This document shows, piece after piece, positions 1-10,112 of a stretch of DNA of 64,000 nucleotides. Origin of the DNA: a virus; IMG/VR virus record IMGVR_UViG_3300025131_009739, positions 101,873-165,872 of that record; one strand, 5' to 3'. How positions within the stretch are numbered: the first letter of the stretch is position 1; every line of letters starts with the position of its first letter. The translations under genes were made by a program, and so were the position numbers. The notes below the pieces were generated by a model. It was not told the origin of the DNA. It saw only the letters and a list, made by a program, of their open reading frames with translations, and searched no databases.

Positions 1-1243
1 CCACATGGCTTCCATCGCTATGTGAACTTATGTGCCTGTGTGCGATAATTCCAAAGGCAGTGCTTGGATTAGCTGGAATCTTACTATAATTAAATGTGTT
101 ACCTTTAAGTGCAATAAATCCAATCTTTATTTTATGCGCGGAAGCCAATTGATTTACAAGTTTCCAAGTAGCTTCCATTTGTTTTGAAGTGGGCAGAATT
201 TGGTTATAACCATGATACCACTTCCCCATGCCAAATACTGGAAAAACTCCTCCGTCAACTTCATTGATCTCAAGCTTTGTTCTCGCTGGATTTAAGACTT
301 CGATAGCTATAGAAACATCGCTCCAGCTGCCGGCGTGATCATATCTCCAACCAACAGGATCTCCATGTTGTTGAACTCCTCCTTGACGGTCAACAGTAAA
401 GTGTACGCCAAAATTTTGCTTTTCCAGCGCGGCATGCGTTAACTTTCTACCGCCATCAGGTATTTTTCCTTTGTCATAAGCCTCGAAACCCGCAGCGGAC
501 TCATGAATAAAAATCACAGTTGGCGGTTTGCGGCGGCGGAATCCGCTTTGTTCACCTATTCTTCCTTTATCTTTGTTTCTTCTTTTAAATATGTCGCCGG
601 CTTCTACACCTGCGTCGAGAGTTGCTGCGGCATATAATGTTTTAGGAACTACGCCCGGGGGTGTGCCATTATTAAATAAGTCTTTTGTGCTTTCACCTTC
701 ACCCGGAGTGTCAGTGCTTTCACCCACTCCAGCCATTTGAGTTTCATTAACTGTGCCCAAATATATTCTTTCTGCCCTATTTTTTGGGTCTCTAAACTCT
801 ACCCAAACTGCTTGGCCGACGACCGGGCGTTTCATATTTAACCATTTCCCAATACACTTTGGATATCTTTCAACTAAATGTCTGTCTCTATCAGTTAAAT
901 CCCTGAAAGCTGCGTCATTTTCAGGAAGATCTTGTGGCACACCAAAGGTATCTATTTCAGGAATTCGCACTCTCAGAACAATCAATTCGCCTTCAGCACC
1001 ATCTTCAAACTGATCCCAATATCCCAAGGGAATAGTTTTGTCATCAACAGGCATCAAATATGGTTCAAAAACTCTTATAACTTCCGCTATGTAAGGGCCC
1101 GTTTCTTCTAAGATACTCGTCTTATTGTGACTAATAGAAAAATCTCTCATATATTTGAAAGGTGTCGTTTGTGGATCAGTAAGTCTAGAAAATAATGGAG
1201 GTTCAGGTCCATTTATTCCATATTGTATGCGCTCTACTGCCAT
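1..1243 (-). CDS. Baseplate-hub-like protein with C-terminal N-acetylmuramoyl-L-alanine amidase domain; truncated by window start
   Basis: Not in the ORF track. Manual translation from ATG at 1243 gives MAVERIQYGING...LRVRIPEID...PVVGQAVWVEF (gp5/Vgr OB-fold-like), then IFIHESA...VHFTVDRQG...HAG...SIAIEV...IIAHRH (Amidase_2 Zn motifs). The frame stays open to the window edge. Confidence 0.7.
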   Translation of the reverse strand, partial: MAVERIQYGINGPEPPLFSRLTDPQTTPFKYMRDFSISHNKTSILEETGPYIAEVIRVFEPYLMPVDDKTIPLGYWDQFEDGAEGELIVLRVRIPEIDTFGVPQDLPENDAAFRDLTDRDRHLVERYPKCIGKWLNMKRPVVGQAVWVEFRDPKNRAERIYLGTVNETQMAGVGESTDTPGEGESTKDLFNNGTPPGVVPKTLYAAATLDAGVEAGDIFKRRNKDKGRIGEQSGFRRRKPPTVIFIHESAAGFEAYDKGKIPDGGRKLTHAALEKQNFGVHFTVDRQGGVQQHGDPVGWRYDHAGSWSDVSIAIEVLNPARTKLEINEVDGGVFPVFGMGKWYHGYNQILPTSKQMEATWKLVNQLASAHKIKIGFIALKGNTFNYSKIPANPSTAFGIIAHRHISSHSDGSHV

Positions 1244-1527
1244 TAAGAACTTTCCTTTATTAATTCAAATATTTCATTTTTGTCTTCAGCTGTTAATTCA
1301 TCTGAACTTGCTTGTCTCTTATTAAGAATAGCGACAACCTTGACTAACTGTTCATTAGAGCGCTGTAAAGTTTCAACATATTTTGCCGCAATTTGACCTA
1401 CTTTTTCATGCCTTGTTTCGTCGCCAGAAAGATACATCATTACATCTTTTAAAAGACTATTTGTAATGTCTCGATCCTTTCGAATATTTTCAATCGATTC
1501 TTGTAAATATTTATCAACTTCTTTCAC
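1243..1527 (-). CDS. Hypothetical coiled-coil protein
   Basis: 94 aa ORF, translationally coupled to both neighbours. Confidence 0.7.
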   Translation of the reverse strand: MKEVDKYLQESIENIRKDRDITNSLLKDVMMYLSGDETRHEKVGQIAAKYVETLQRSNEQLVKVVAILNKRQASSDELTAEDKNEIFELIKESS

Positions 1528-2608
1528 TTTGTTCTATTCCTGTCATTGTCAAAATTGTCACTAACCCTGGAACATTCTTTTTTATATACACGCCTGTAAA
1601 CAAAGTTTCTGTTCTCCCACCTACATAAGACATTGCAGCATCCAAATGTTTACTAACTTCAGGATCTGAAGCAAGTTCTTCAGTTAATATTAATAACATT
1701 GTTCCTGTTTTTGGCTTCCCTTTTGGAGAAGAACACGGAGATCTTTTAATACAATTTTGAAAAATTTGTGCTCCAAGATTTGGGTCTTTAGGATCTCTGA
1801 CAATTGTTGAACCAATAAAAATTCTTCCATCTTGTTTCAAAGTTCTTTCAAGGTCTTTTGAATCAAAAGTTTGGATTGGAGATTTTTCAGAAGACAATTT
1901 CAAAACTTGATTAAATAATTTAGAAAAAGTTTTGTTCGCAACTGGAAACATGTTTAACATTCCAACTTTACCACGAAGTAGTTCCACTTGTCTTTCGTTG
2001 TCTAGAACAATATGAGGATAAGAATCGACATCATTTAACAATGATAGTGCATTTTTTGCAATTGTGGGGTTCAATAATTCCTGTGCTGTCGGCCAAGAAA
2101 CGATATAAACAACTTTTCCTCCAGCTTGGACGGAAGTTAAATATCTCTCAAAAACTTTGTGAAGAGATATACATGCACTTCCTGTACCTCCTCCGCCTCC
2201 AGCAAGAACAAATAACCAATCAACTTTTCCAAGCTTGGTTCTCAGAGCGTCTTCAACGACAGCTCCATTATTTTCAAAAACAGTTTTTCCATAAGAAACA
2301 TCTTTTGCAACACCATCTGCGTCTGGTATAAGAACCAAGTGTTTAGAATCGATTCCTGCCGGCTGGTCTTTTTCAGTTGTGTTTACCAAAATGGTTTTGT
2401 TATAACCTAGATCTAAAAAGGCTTTTGCCATTTTGCCTCCTCCGCCTCCAACTCCAACAAAAGCACAATTTAAGGAAGAAGTTGCAGTGTTCTCTGGCAA
2501 CTGTTCTTCGTGTTTCATTTCAGCTGACTCACTATAATGTTCTACAAAATCAAAGTCATCTGCAAAATCGTCTTCTAATGGGGGCTGATTAGTTTCCTCT
2601 TCAGACAT
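1514..2608 (-). CDS. Tubulin/FtsZ-family GTPase (PhuZ/TubZ-like)
   Basis: GVGGGGGK N-terminal loop, GGGGGTGS tubulin signature, DNE and FDSKD motifs; upstream SD AAGGAG. Confidence 0.85.
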   Translation of the reverse strand: MSEEETNQPPLEDDFADDFDFVEHYSESAEMKHEEQLPENTATSSLNCAFVGVGGGGGKMAKAFLDLGYNKTILVNTTEKDQPAGIDSKHLVLIPDADGVAKDVSYGKTVFENNGAVVEDALRTKLGKVDWLFVLAGGGGGTGSACISLHKVFERYLTSVQAGGKVVYIVSWPTAQELLNPTIAKNALSLLNDVDSYPHIVLDNERQVELLRGKVGMLNMFPVANKTFSKLFNQVLKLSSEKSPIQTFDSKDLERTLKQDGRIFIGSTIVRDPKDPNLGAQIFQNCIKRSPCSSPKGKPKTGTMLLILTEELASDPEVSKHLDAAMSYVGGRTETLFTGVYIKKNVPGLVTILTMTGIEQSERS

Positions 2609-2644
2609 AATTTATCTCCTTTATATGTAATAAATAGAATTATT

Positions 2645-3358
2645 TTATATTTTTCCTTTATTCCAATCTAACTTAAATCTATGATAACGAACCCTCATTT
2701 TATTTAAGTTGTTAACAACTTGTTTTGTATTTAAACCAGTTAACTCTCTCAAATAGAGATAAATTGCCTTTTTATTAAAAATTTCAATTTCGTTAGAGTT
2801 CTCCAAAAGTATTTTTATTGCTTCTAATACTTTTCTTTCATTTACTCTAAGATTTTCTTGATTCCAAAAATCGATTTGTTGTAAAAGATGAAACCAAAAT
2901 TCTTTTTCTTCTCTGTCGCGGATATATTTTTCGTCAGTAGTAACATAAGCATGTTCTAGACTCTTTGATAGATCATCAAATTGAATCTCTCTTTTGTTTT
3001 TTTGTTGGTTCTTTTTAACTTTATGAATAAACCAATTTTTTGTTATAACACTAAAATATGAAAAAGCTTTTGAACCTTTAGTGGAATCGTATTTATCCAA
3101 TATTGTTGTTAGCCATATTTTACATTCTTCGCGAAGTATGTCTATATTTGGGAGAGTAGAAAATTTATACGTATAAACAATTTTATCTACCATTTCATTA
3201 AAGGCCGGCTGTATATACACTATATATAATTCTGTTCTTTCGTTTAAACTGTTAGACAGAGCATAGCGAATTATTGCATCCTCATGCACTTTTGTAAAAT
3301 AATACTTTTTTGTTTTATTCTTCTTCATCTTCTTCCTCCAATAAATCATCTGGCTCAT
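2645..3358 (-). CDS. Phage late-transcription sigma factor (gp55-like)
   Basis: sigma region-2-like segment ILDKYDSTKGSKAFSYFSVITKNWF; true start may be the MKKNK Met. Confidence 0.7.
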   Translation of the reverse strand: MSQMIYWRKKMKKNKTKKYYFTKVHEDAIIRYALSNSLNERTELYIVYIQPAFNEMVDKIVYTYKFSTLPNIDILREECKIWLTTILDKYDSTKGSKAFSYFSVITKNWFIHKVKKNQQKNKREIQFDDLSKSLEHAYVTTDEKYIRDREEKEFWFHLLQQIDFWNQENLRVNERKVLEAIKILLENSNEIEIFNKKAIYLYLRELTGLNTKQVVNNLNKMRVRYHRFKLDWNKGKI

Positions 3359-3620
3359 CAGTTAAAGTGTATATTTCGCTATAATCTTTAATTTCATCTA
3401 CGATTTGTCGAGAGTGTTGAACTAAGTGTTCTAAAACTGGTTCGCCATAAAACGTTTCTAGTTCGTAAATTGCATTAAGGTGGTTTGAAAAATTATCAAG
3501 AATATTTAATAAATCATCGCTATTTTCAGAAATAAAAAGTAATTTTGTTAATATACCTTTAATATACCATAACAATAATAAATTAATTATTACAGACAAT
3601 GTTAGAAAAAAATAAATCAT
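3315..3620 (-). CDS. Hypothetical membrane-anchored protein
   Basis: N-terminal hydrophobic helix and acidic tail. Confidence 0.65.
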   Translation of the reverse strand: MIYFFLTLSVIINLLLLWYIKGILTKLLFISENSDDLLNILDNFSNHLNAIYELETFYGEPVLEHLVQHSRQIVDEIKDYSEIYTLTDEPDDLLEEEDEEE

Positions 3621-3874
3621 GGCTTATACTCTTTTAGCCTCAACTTTTCTTTTTCTTTTTTAACTTCCTCTTTCGTTTCTTCGATGTGAGTTTTTACAAC
3701 TTCGCCAACTTTTTTTTCCTTTTTCAGCTTCTTCAAGTTTACAGGAAATAGGGGCAGTTTTTTTAAACAATCTTTTTCCCCACATTTTTCACACACATCT
3801 ATAGCCTCTCTCATTAAATGGTGAACCATAAATATCTCTTCACAAGATTCACATTTATAAAGATATTTAGGCAT
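3617..3874 (-). CDS. FmdB-family zinc-ribbon protein
   Basis: MPKYLYKCESC...CEKCG. Confidence 0.75.
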   Translation of the reverse strand: MPKYLYKCESCEEIFMVHHLMREAIDVCEKCGEKDCLKKLPLFPVNLKKLKKEKKVGEVVKTHIEETKEEVKKEKEKLRLKEYKP

Positions 3875-3876
3875 TA

Positions 3877-4086
3877 TTAAAAGTCTTCTTCTCTGGGCAT
3901 AATTTTTTCATTTTCTTCTTCCTTCTCAGGAAAACGAAGTACTGGTGGGTTTTCTATAACTAGAACTCCGTCGACGTCTATAGATAAGTCGAATTCCCTC
4001 AACATTTCGACTATATCGCTTTGCTCCATAAGTGACTTTTGCAAAGCCATCATTAAAGCTCCCATTGCTTGGTTTGATAATTTCAT
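3877..4086 (-). CDS. Hypothetical protein
   Basis: 69 aa ORF packed in the operon with an SD. Confidence 0.6.
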   Translation of the reverse strand: MKLSNQAMGALMMALQKSLMEQSDIVEMLREFDLSIDVDGVLVIENPPVLRFPEKEEENEKIMPREEDF

Positions 4087-4087
4087 A

Positions 4088-5038
4088 TTATTTCTCCTTT
4101 TTTCCTCTAATATTTGGATATTTATCCATAAACCAATTACAAGTCCTTTTTAAAGACTCTTCAAATTCTGTATAATTTTCTTTTTTCCATCCCAAAGACA
4201 ACAACTTTGAGTTATCAGACGGTTTTCTATATTGTCCCATAGGCTTTGTTGTATCCCAAATTATCTCATTATTATAGCCAACCATCTCTGCTATTGTCTC
4301 TGCCACATATTTAATAGAATATTCACCTGTGTTTCCAATATTAATCGTTGAAGCATTATTGTAATTCTCAAGCAAAAACAAAATTATCTTTGCAGCATCT
4401 CCAACATAAGTAAACTCTCTTAACGGTTCTCCATTACCCCATAAAACAACATTTTCATTATTTTGTTTTGCTTCATATATTTTTCTAATAATTGCCGGAA
4501 TAACATGAGAATTTTCTAGATCGAAGTTGTCGTGTTCTCCAAACATATTGTTGGGAGTAATTGTAATAAAATTACAGTCATACTGTTGTCGGTACGTTTT
4601 TGTCTGTATATCTAGCATTCTTTTGGCATATGCATATCCATAATTTGAGAAATGCGGAGGGCCAGAATGAATTTGATCTTCAGTCAAAGGATAAGTCGCC
4701 TCGGCTGGATATATGCACGTACTCAAAAGTGATAATACTTTTTTAACATTAAACTTTCTAGCCATCTCCAGAACATTAGTATTTATCATTATGTTGTCGT
4801 GATAAAAAGAACCTAAATTATTCATGTTAACTTTTACCCCGCCGACACGGGCGGCTGCATGAATAACATATTCTGGTTGACATTCTTTAAACAAAGATTC
4901 ACACTCAGCTTGAGATTTTAAATCGCAATCTTTGGAAGAAGTATACGTAGCTTCTGGCAAAATCTTTTTAATTGCTTTGCCAACCATTCCACTCCCACCT
5001 GTAACAAGAACATTATTCATGTGGCGGCCTCGTGTCAT
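4088..5038 (-). CDS. fcl: GDP-L-fucose synthase family epimerase/reductase
   Basis: TGGSGMVG, AARVGG, STCIYP, YAYAKR, SHVIPA, WGNGEPLREF. Confidence 0.9.
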   Translation of the reverse strand: MTRGRHMNNVLVTGGSGMVGKAIKKILPEATYTSSKDCDLKSQAECESLFKECQPEYVIHAAARVGGVKVNMNNLGSFYHDNIMINTNVLEMARKFNVKKVLSLLSTCIYPAEATYPLTEDQIHSGPPHFSNYGYAYAKRMLDIQTKTYRQQYDCNFITITPNNMFGEHDNFDLENSHVIPAIIRKIYEAKQNNENVVLWGNGEPLREFTYVGDAAKIILFLLENYNNASTINIGNTGEYSIKYVAETIAEMVGYNNEIIWDTTKPMGQYRKPSDNSKLLSLGWKKENYTEFEESLKRTCNWFMDKYPNIRGKKEK

Positions 5039-6146
5039 AGTAGTTTCTTATAATTTTGCAAACATAATTAATTTGTTTTACTTTTAGATCCGGGAACGAC
5101 GGTAAACACAAACAAGTTTCATAAGCATTTATACTTTCTTTAAAAAACTTATCATCATTTTTGTTAAAAAATAACCATTTTTTGCCATTATTTTTATAAC
5201 AAGGCTGTTTATGAAGGGGATAAAAAACATTTCTAATTTCAACACCACTTTCTTTAAGATGTTTCATCAGGTCTTCAACATTGTGTTTGCACTTTATTAC
5301 AACTCTAAATGGAATATGATTTGATCTAACATCTGATTCTATTATTTCTACCGATTCCAAATCAGAAAATCTCTTTTTATAGTGATCTAATATATTTATT
5401 TTTTTCTTTATAATTGTTTTTAATTTTCTCAATTGGTTTAAGCCTAAGCTAGATTGTATGTCTGTTAATCTAAAATTATATCCAATTTGCGGATGAACAA
5501 ACGAACCTCTCTTTAATCTGCCTTGGTTTCTTAAGTATAGCATATTTTCATATATTTTATCATCATTTGTTACTACAAATCCGCCTTCGCCCGTTGTAAT
5601 AGTTTTGTCTGCGAAAAATGAAAAACATCCAACATCACCAAAGCTGCCAACATGCTTATCATTCCAGGTTATGCCAATCCCTTGAGCAGCATCCTCTACA
5701 ACTTTTAAATTGTTTTTATTTGCAAATTTCATAACCTCGCCCATATTAGCAGACATCCCAAAAACATGCACAGGCATGATAGCTTTCGTTTTTCTATTTA
5801 AAACTCTATTGCAGTCCTTAACATTAATTTGTAAATCTTTATTTATATCAACAAAAACAGGCTTAGCTCCGCACATTTCAACTGCATTTGCAGATGCTAT
5901 GAAAGTAAAGTTAGGAACAATAACCTCGTCTCCTCTTCCAACTCCAACAGCTCTTAATCCTAAATAAAGAGCGATTGTTCCATTGCTAGCAAAAACACCG
6001 TGTTTGGCGCCTATTAAATTGCACAATTTTTCTGAAAATTCTTTTGATTTTGGACCTTCTGTAATCCATTTAGTGTCGAAGGATTCTTTTAAAGCTAAAA
6101 AGTCAGACTCATCAAGATATGGTTGGAATTGATCAATTTTCATCAT
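5013..6146 (-). CDS. DegT/DnrJ/EryC1/StrS PLP aminotransferase (perosamine synthase-like)
   Basis: SNGT, FTFIASANA, EDAAQ, FSFFADKTITTGEGG, GYNFRL. Confidence 0.9.
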   Translation of the reverse strand: MMKIDQFQPYLDESDFLALKESFDTKWITEGPKSKEFSEKLCNLIGAKHGVFASNGTIALYLGLRAVGVGRGDEVIVPNFTFIASANAVEMCGAKPVFVDINKDLQINVKDCNRVLNRKTKAIMPVHVFGMSANMGEVMKFANKNNLKVVEDAAQGIGITWNDKHVGSFGDVGCFSFFADKTITTGEGGFVVTNDDKIYENMLYLRNQGRLKRGSFVHPQIGYNFRLTDIQSSLGLNQLRKLKTIIKKKINILDHYKKRFSDLESVEIIESDVRSNHIPFRVVIKCKHNVEDLMKHLKESGVEIRNVFYPLHKQPCYKNNGKKWLFFNKNDDKFFKESINAYETCLCLPSFPDLKVKQINYVCKIIRNYYDTRPPHE

Positions 6147-6552
6147 TTATATATTCCTTATCCACATCAACGCCATAATAAGGACCATTCTTAAATTCAT
6201 ATATTATAGTATCATTATCCACTACCTCAAATCCGTGGCCTCCATTAAACACTACAGCGCAGTCTCCTGACGAAAGCTCAGTTTCTAAGATTTTAGAATC
6301 GTCAATATCATAGAACACAGCTTTAATTCTTCCCTGCACCACAACCCAAGCTTCTTGAGTTTTCGTGGTGGCGCGGTCACATATGTTGTGGTGGTGAGCT
6401 GGAAACTTAGAATCACTATGGACTCTTTTTGCCGCAACTTGTAAACATTCTTTCTCGTCAGAAAGATTATGACGATGACTTGTTACTTCATCTTTTCTTA
6501 TTAATGTAACAATTTGCACATTAGAATCAATATTTGAAAATATTTTTTTCAA
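6133..6552 (-). CDS. Cupin-fold protein (WbuC-like)
   Basis: HHHN...TQEAWVVVQG...GGHGFE...EFKNGPY; probable TTG start at 6552, just after the upstream stop. Confidence 0.7.
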   Translation of the reverse strand: MKKIFSNIDSNVQIVTLIRKDEVTSHRHNLSDEKECLQVAAKRVHSDSKFPAHHHNICDRATTKTQEAWVVVQGRIKAVFYDIDDSKILETELSSGDCAVVFNGGHGFEVVDNDTIIYEFKNGPYYGVDVDKEYINDEN

Positions 6553-6553
6553 T

Positions 6554-7285
6554 CTATTCTCTCGTATCCTTTTTGCAATAAAATAATAATTTATAATCTG
6601 CAGGCTCTGCAGCCTTAAGCTGTTGTCGACCAAAACCAGAATATATTTTATCCACTCTATACCCACCCAATTTCAAACAATCGCAAAGAGTTTTAGGCGT
6701 CCATATTGTCATTTTTAACGAATCTTGCCACATTAATTTTTCATCTTGAAAATCGTGATAATGATATTTGATTTCAATAGTTTGATTGAACACGTCAAAT
6801 TCTGGCGAAAGAACCAATCTACAATCCTGAATGTTTCTTACTTCTTTTTTTGGCAAATCTCTCATTGCAGCAACGCCGTTCCACGCGTCAAAAATTAAAG
6901 GAGCAGAAAATGTGGTCGCTGAATATATTGATTTAAAAAACGAGATTAACTGTTCAATATTGTGAATATGGTTAGGCACATTAAATAATGAAGTAGCCGC
7001 ATTATAATAATTTAAATTCAAAGTTGAAGCGGCGCCATGCAAAAAAACAGAGTTCTCTATATCTTTTTCTTTTGCGCGAGCTATCATATTTTGATTTATG
7101 TCTATTCCTGTATATTTAATGTGCCTTGAAATAAAAGGAGCGTGACCTCCAGTGCCACACCCAATATCTACAACTTTGTCATTTTCACAAGATAAATCAA
7201 GTAGTTCCAAAATTTGAGATGATTCTAATTTATAATTTTTTGCAGAAAAAATTTTATCATAAACCTCTGAAACCGAACTATACAT
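6554..7285 (-). CDS. Class I SAM-dependent methyltransferase
   Basis: VDIGCGTG, GIDIN motifs. Confidence 0.85.
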   Translation of the reverse strand: MYSSVSEVYDKIFSAKNYKLESSQILELLDLSCENDKVVDIGCGTGGHAPFISRHIKYTGIDINQNMIARAKEKDIENSVFLHGAASTLNLNYYNAATSLFNVPNHIHNIEQLISFFKSIYSATTFSAPLIFDAWNGVAAMRDLPKKEVRNIQDCRLVLSPEFDVFNQTIEIKYHYHDFQDEKLMWQDSLKMTIWTPKTLCDCLKLGGYRVDKIYSGFGRQQLKAAEPADYKLLFYCKKDTRE

Positions 7286-7565
7286 GGACCTTCTCGTAGT
7301 GTGATAAATATTTATTGAAAAGTTCTGAATTTTCTTTAATTCTTTTGTCCATTTCTAATAAAAACTCTTTACTCACTATTGACGAATAGAAAGATAAATT
7401 CGCAGTTTTTTTTGTAATAAATTCAAAACAATAACGGAACCAATTACTTCCTGAACGTGGATAAGCTAACAGGTATACTGCATCGGATTTAGGGTGAATA
7501 AGAATGCGGCCATTGATATCGCGGTGATGGCCATCTTGCTGGCCATTGTTAAAGACCACGGTCAT
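7278..7565 (-). pseudogene. Truncated or internally deleted sulfotransferase-like ORF
   Basis: 5'-PSB loop LAYPRSGSNW present, but the ORF is only 95 aa and has no 3'-PB motif. Confidence 0.5.
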
Positions 7566-7906
7566 GCTATAAACCCATTAAAATAGTTATTAGAATTTAT
7601 ATTCTTGTCATCAATAAAAAGATTGTAATATGGCTTGTCTAATTTAAGATCATGATACTTGACTCCCCATTCTTTTAATTGTTTTTCTGTTAATTCTCGC
7701 CAATCTATTCCTGTCAAACTTCCACGAGCAGTCCAATACACTATTGTATGTCCTTCGTCATATAAAGTATTTATTTTTTCAATTCTTTCCATTGCGGGAA
7801 CAGCCTTATTATAATCCCTGAACGAAGAAGAATCGCTTCCAGGTATGTTACATATTGTTTCGTCTATATCAACATATATAACCATTGTACCAGATTCATT
7901 GCTCAA
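7562..7906 (-). CDS. Small HAD-family phosphatase (capsule-biosynthesis type)
   Basis: YVDIDETIC, WTARG, KP...FIDDK. Confidence 0.8.
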   Translation of the reverse strand: MSNESGTMVIYVDIDETICNIPGSDSSSFRDYNKAVPAMERIEKINTLYDEGHTIVYWTARGSLTGIDWRELTEKQLKEWGVKYHDLKLDKPYYNLFIDDKNINSNNYFNGFIA

Positions 7907-7908
7907 TT

Positions 7909-8292
7909 TTAATCTCCTTTTCGAAGCCGGTGGCTATCACTATCAAAATGCTCTGTAGAAAATTCAAACAATTCAGAGTCTTCTAGCGCAATCATTTGAT
8001 GTCTCAAGCCTGTGTATATATAAAAGTTTTCGCCGGCATTGAGGATTAACTCTTTTGCTTTTTCAACATCATCTTGATCTGAATATTTTACAAGAAGTTT
8101 TCCAGATTGCAAATAAAAAACCTCATCTTTTAATTCATGAAAATGCCATGAGCATCTTTTTCCTTTGTTAAAAAATAAAAGTTTACCGCAATACTCAGAC
8201 TTGTTCACAATCCACTTTTCATATCCCCAGCCCTTTTTAACAAACTTCATTTCTGGAGTTTTATTTAACTCTGACATTTCTTTCTCCCACAA
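7909..8292 (-). CDS. Cupin-domain sugar isomerase-like protein
   Basis: KGWGYE...SWHFHELKDEVFY...RHQM...EFST. Confidence 0.8.
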   Translation of the reverse strand: MWEKEMSELNKTPEMKFVKKGWGYEKWIVNKSEYCGKLLFFNKGKRCSWHFHELKDEVFYLQSGKLLVKYSDQDDVEKAKELILNAGENFYIYTGLRHQMIALEDSELFEFSTEHFDSDSHRLRKGD

Positions 8293-8960
8293 GCTAGCAA
8301 CATTATTTCTTTTGAAAATCGAATTAATTTTCTATCTTTTGTGTTTCTCTCATAGCGAGTTTTCCATTTCAAAAAATCAGGAACTAGCATTGCTATAATC
8401 TTAGGAACAAATTTCAAAAATGGATATTTCCACACAAAAGGTAATTGATAAAAATACTCGCATTCGACGTCTTCAAATCCATTAATTAATAAAGCGTCTT
8501 GAAGTCCTTTTCTAGTAAATGGTTTAACATGAGTATAATCATTATAAAATGTATACATTTGACTCTTCCAGTCAGGAGTCATACAAATAAAAGATCCAGA
8601 AGGCCTTAAAACTCTCCTAACCTCACTTAAAAAGTTATCTGTATTATACACATGTTCTATAACTGACTTAGTGAAAATCGCGTCAAAAAAATCATTACCA
8701 AAAGGTATCTGTTCTTGTTCTATGTTGCACTTCTTAAAAATTATTTCTGAGTTATTCTCGTCACGAAGATCGATTCCATAACACTCCATCCCGTTTCTAG
8801 CAAAAGCTTTTAAAATTGTTCCTTTGCCGCAGCCGATATCCAAAATCCTTGGAGACTTATCTTTGGTTTCAAAAAAGCGATCATATATATAATTACATAA
8901 TTTTTGTGGATATATATTCTTCTCGCCACTAGGGTACATTATTTCAGTGTATTTTGTCAT
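8265..8960 (-). CDS. SAM-dependent methyltransferase (type 11)
   Basis: LDIGCGKG, SVIEH, RVLRPSG, DYTH. Confidence 0.85.
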   Translation of the reverse strand: MTKYTEIMYPSGEKNIYPQKLCNYIYDRFFETKDKSPRILDIGCGKGTILKAFARNGMECYGIDLRDENNSEIIFKKCNIEQEQIPFGNDFFDAIFTKSVIEHVYNTDNFLSEVRRVLRPSGSFICMTPDWKSQMYTFYNDYTHVKPFTRKGLQDALLINGFEDVECEYFYQLPFVWKYPFLKFVPKIIAMLVPDFLKWKTRYERNTKDRKLIRFSKEIMLLACGRKKCQS

Positions 8961-8961
8961 C

Positions 8962-9684
8962 TTATAACCCTTTTATTAGCCACCCGCCGTCGACGTAGAT
9001 ATCTTGCCCTGTTATATAACTGGAGGCGTCAGAGGCCAAAAATATGGTAACACCAATTAAGTCCGATGGCTCTCCCCACCTCTGCAAGACAGTTTTATTT
9101 TTTCTTTCTTCGTAAGTTTTCGAATCAGACCAACTTTTTTTTGTCATATTCGTTTTCATATATCCCGGGCCAACATTATTAACTCTTATGTTATATTTTC
9201 CCAGATCATATGCTAAAGCCTTTGTCAACTGTTTTAGGCCGCCTTTCATTGCAACATAAGCAGGATTATCAGGAAAAGCAAGTTCAGAGTTTAAACTTGT
9301 TATGTTGATTATAGAACCATTTAAATTTTTTCTCATTTCCTCTCCAACCATTTTACTCAAAACATACGGAGCCTTCAAATCAACATTGTAAGTTTTTTCC
9401 CAAGCTTCATCAGAATATCCACCATAAGTTACTCCAGCGTTATTAACCAATATATCAATTGTACCATATTCATTAATAATATATTCAATTATTTGTTCTA
9501 CATTTTCTTTATTTGTGATATCGCATTCTATAAAATTATTTTTTTCGTCTCCGGGTTTGATATCCAAGTTAAACACGGTGGCGCCGTAATCGTAAAAACC
9601 TCTTAATATAGCAGCGCCGTTGCCGCCGCTAGCTCCAGTTACAATAGCAACTTTGTCCTTTAACGAAAATATATTATCAATCAT
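8962..9684 (-). CDS. SDR oxidoreductase
   Basis: TGASGGNG, NNAG, YVAMK, DGG. Confidence 0.9.
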   Translation of the reverse strand: MIDNIFSLKDKVAIVTGASGGNGAAILRGFYDYGATVFNLDIKPGDEKNNFIECDITNKENVEQIIEYIINEYGTIDILVNNAGVTYGGYSDEAWEKTYNVDLKAPYVLSKMVGEEMRKNLNGSIINITSLNSELAFPDNPAYVAMKGGLKQLTKALAYDLGKYNIRVNNVGPGYMKTNMTKKSWSDSKTYEERKNKTVLQRWGEPSDLIGVTIFLASDASSYITGQDIYVDGGWLIKGL

Positions 9685-10112
9685 AATTCCTCCACTATCT
9701 CAACTAGAGAACCATCTGGATCTTTACAAAATGTCACTTTCGCAAATCCATCCGGTGAATATTGTGGAGGACTATTAAATTTCACATCGTTTTCTTTTAA
9801 CCGTTCATATGTCTCATCTAAATTATTAACTGTCAAAGCTATATGAGAACAGCCAATTTGTGTTATCCTTCTTGTCATATCAGGCTCTTTCGGATGAGAA
9901 CTATAATATAATAACTCAACCATGTCACCGTTTTCTAAAGACATTTTCACGGTTCTAACAACAACATCTTTTAAGTCTGAAAAATTATTAATGTAATCTC
10001 CAGATTCAACCATATCTTTCTTTACCTCAAATCCTAATAAGTCTCTATAAAATTTTAGAGATCTCTCCATATCACTAACCACAATTCCAGTATGCCTTAT
10101 ATTCAACACCAT
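9681..10112 (-). CDS. VOC/glyoxalase-family protein
   Basis: HTGIVV, FYRDLLG, HIAL, DPDG..VE. Confidence 0.85.
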   Translation of the reverse strand: MVLNIRHTGIVVSDMERSLKFYRDLLGFEVKKDMVESGDYINNFSDLKDVVVRTVKMSLENGDMVELLYYSSHPKEPDMTRRITQIGCSHIALTVNNLDETYERLKENDVKFNSPPQYSPDGFAKVTFCKDPDGSLVEIVEEL

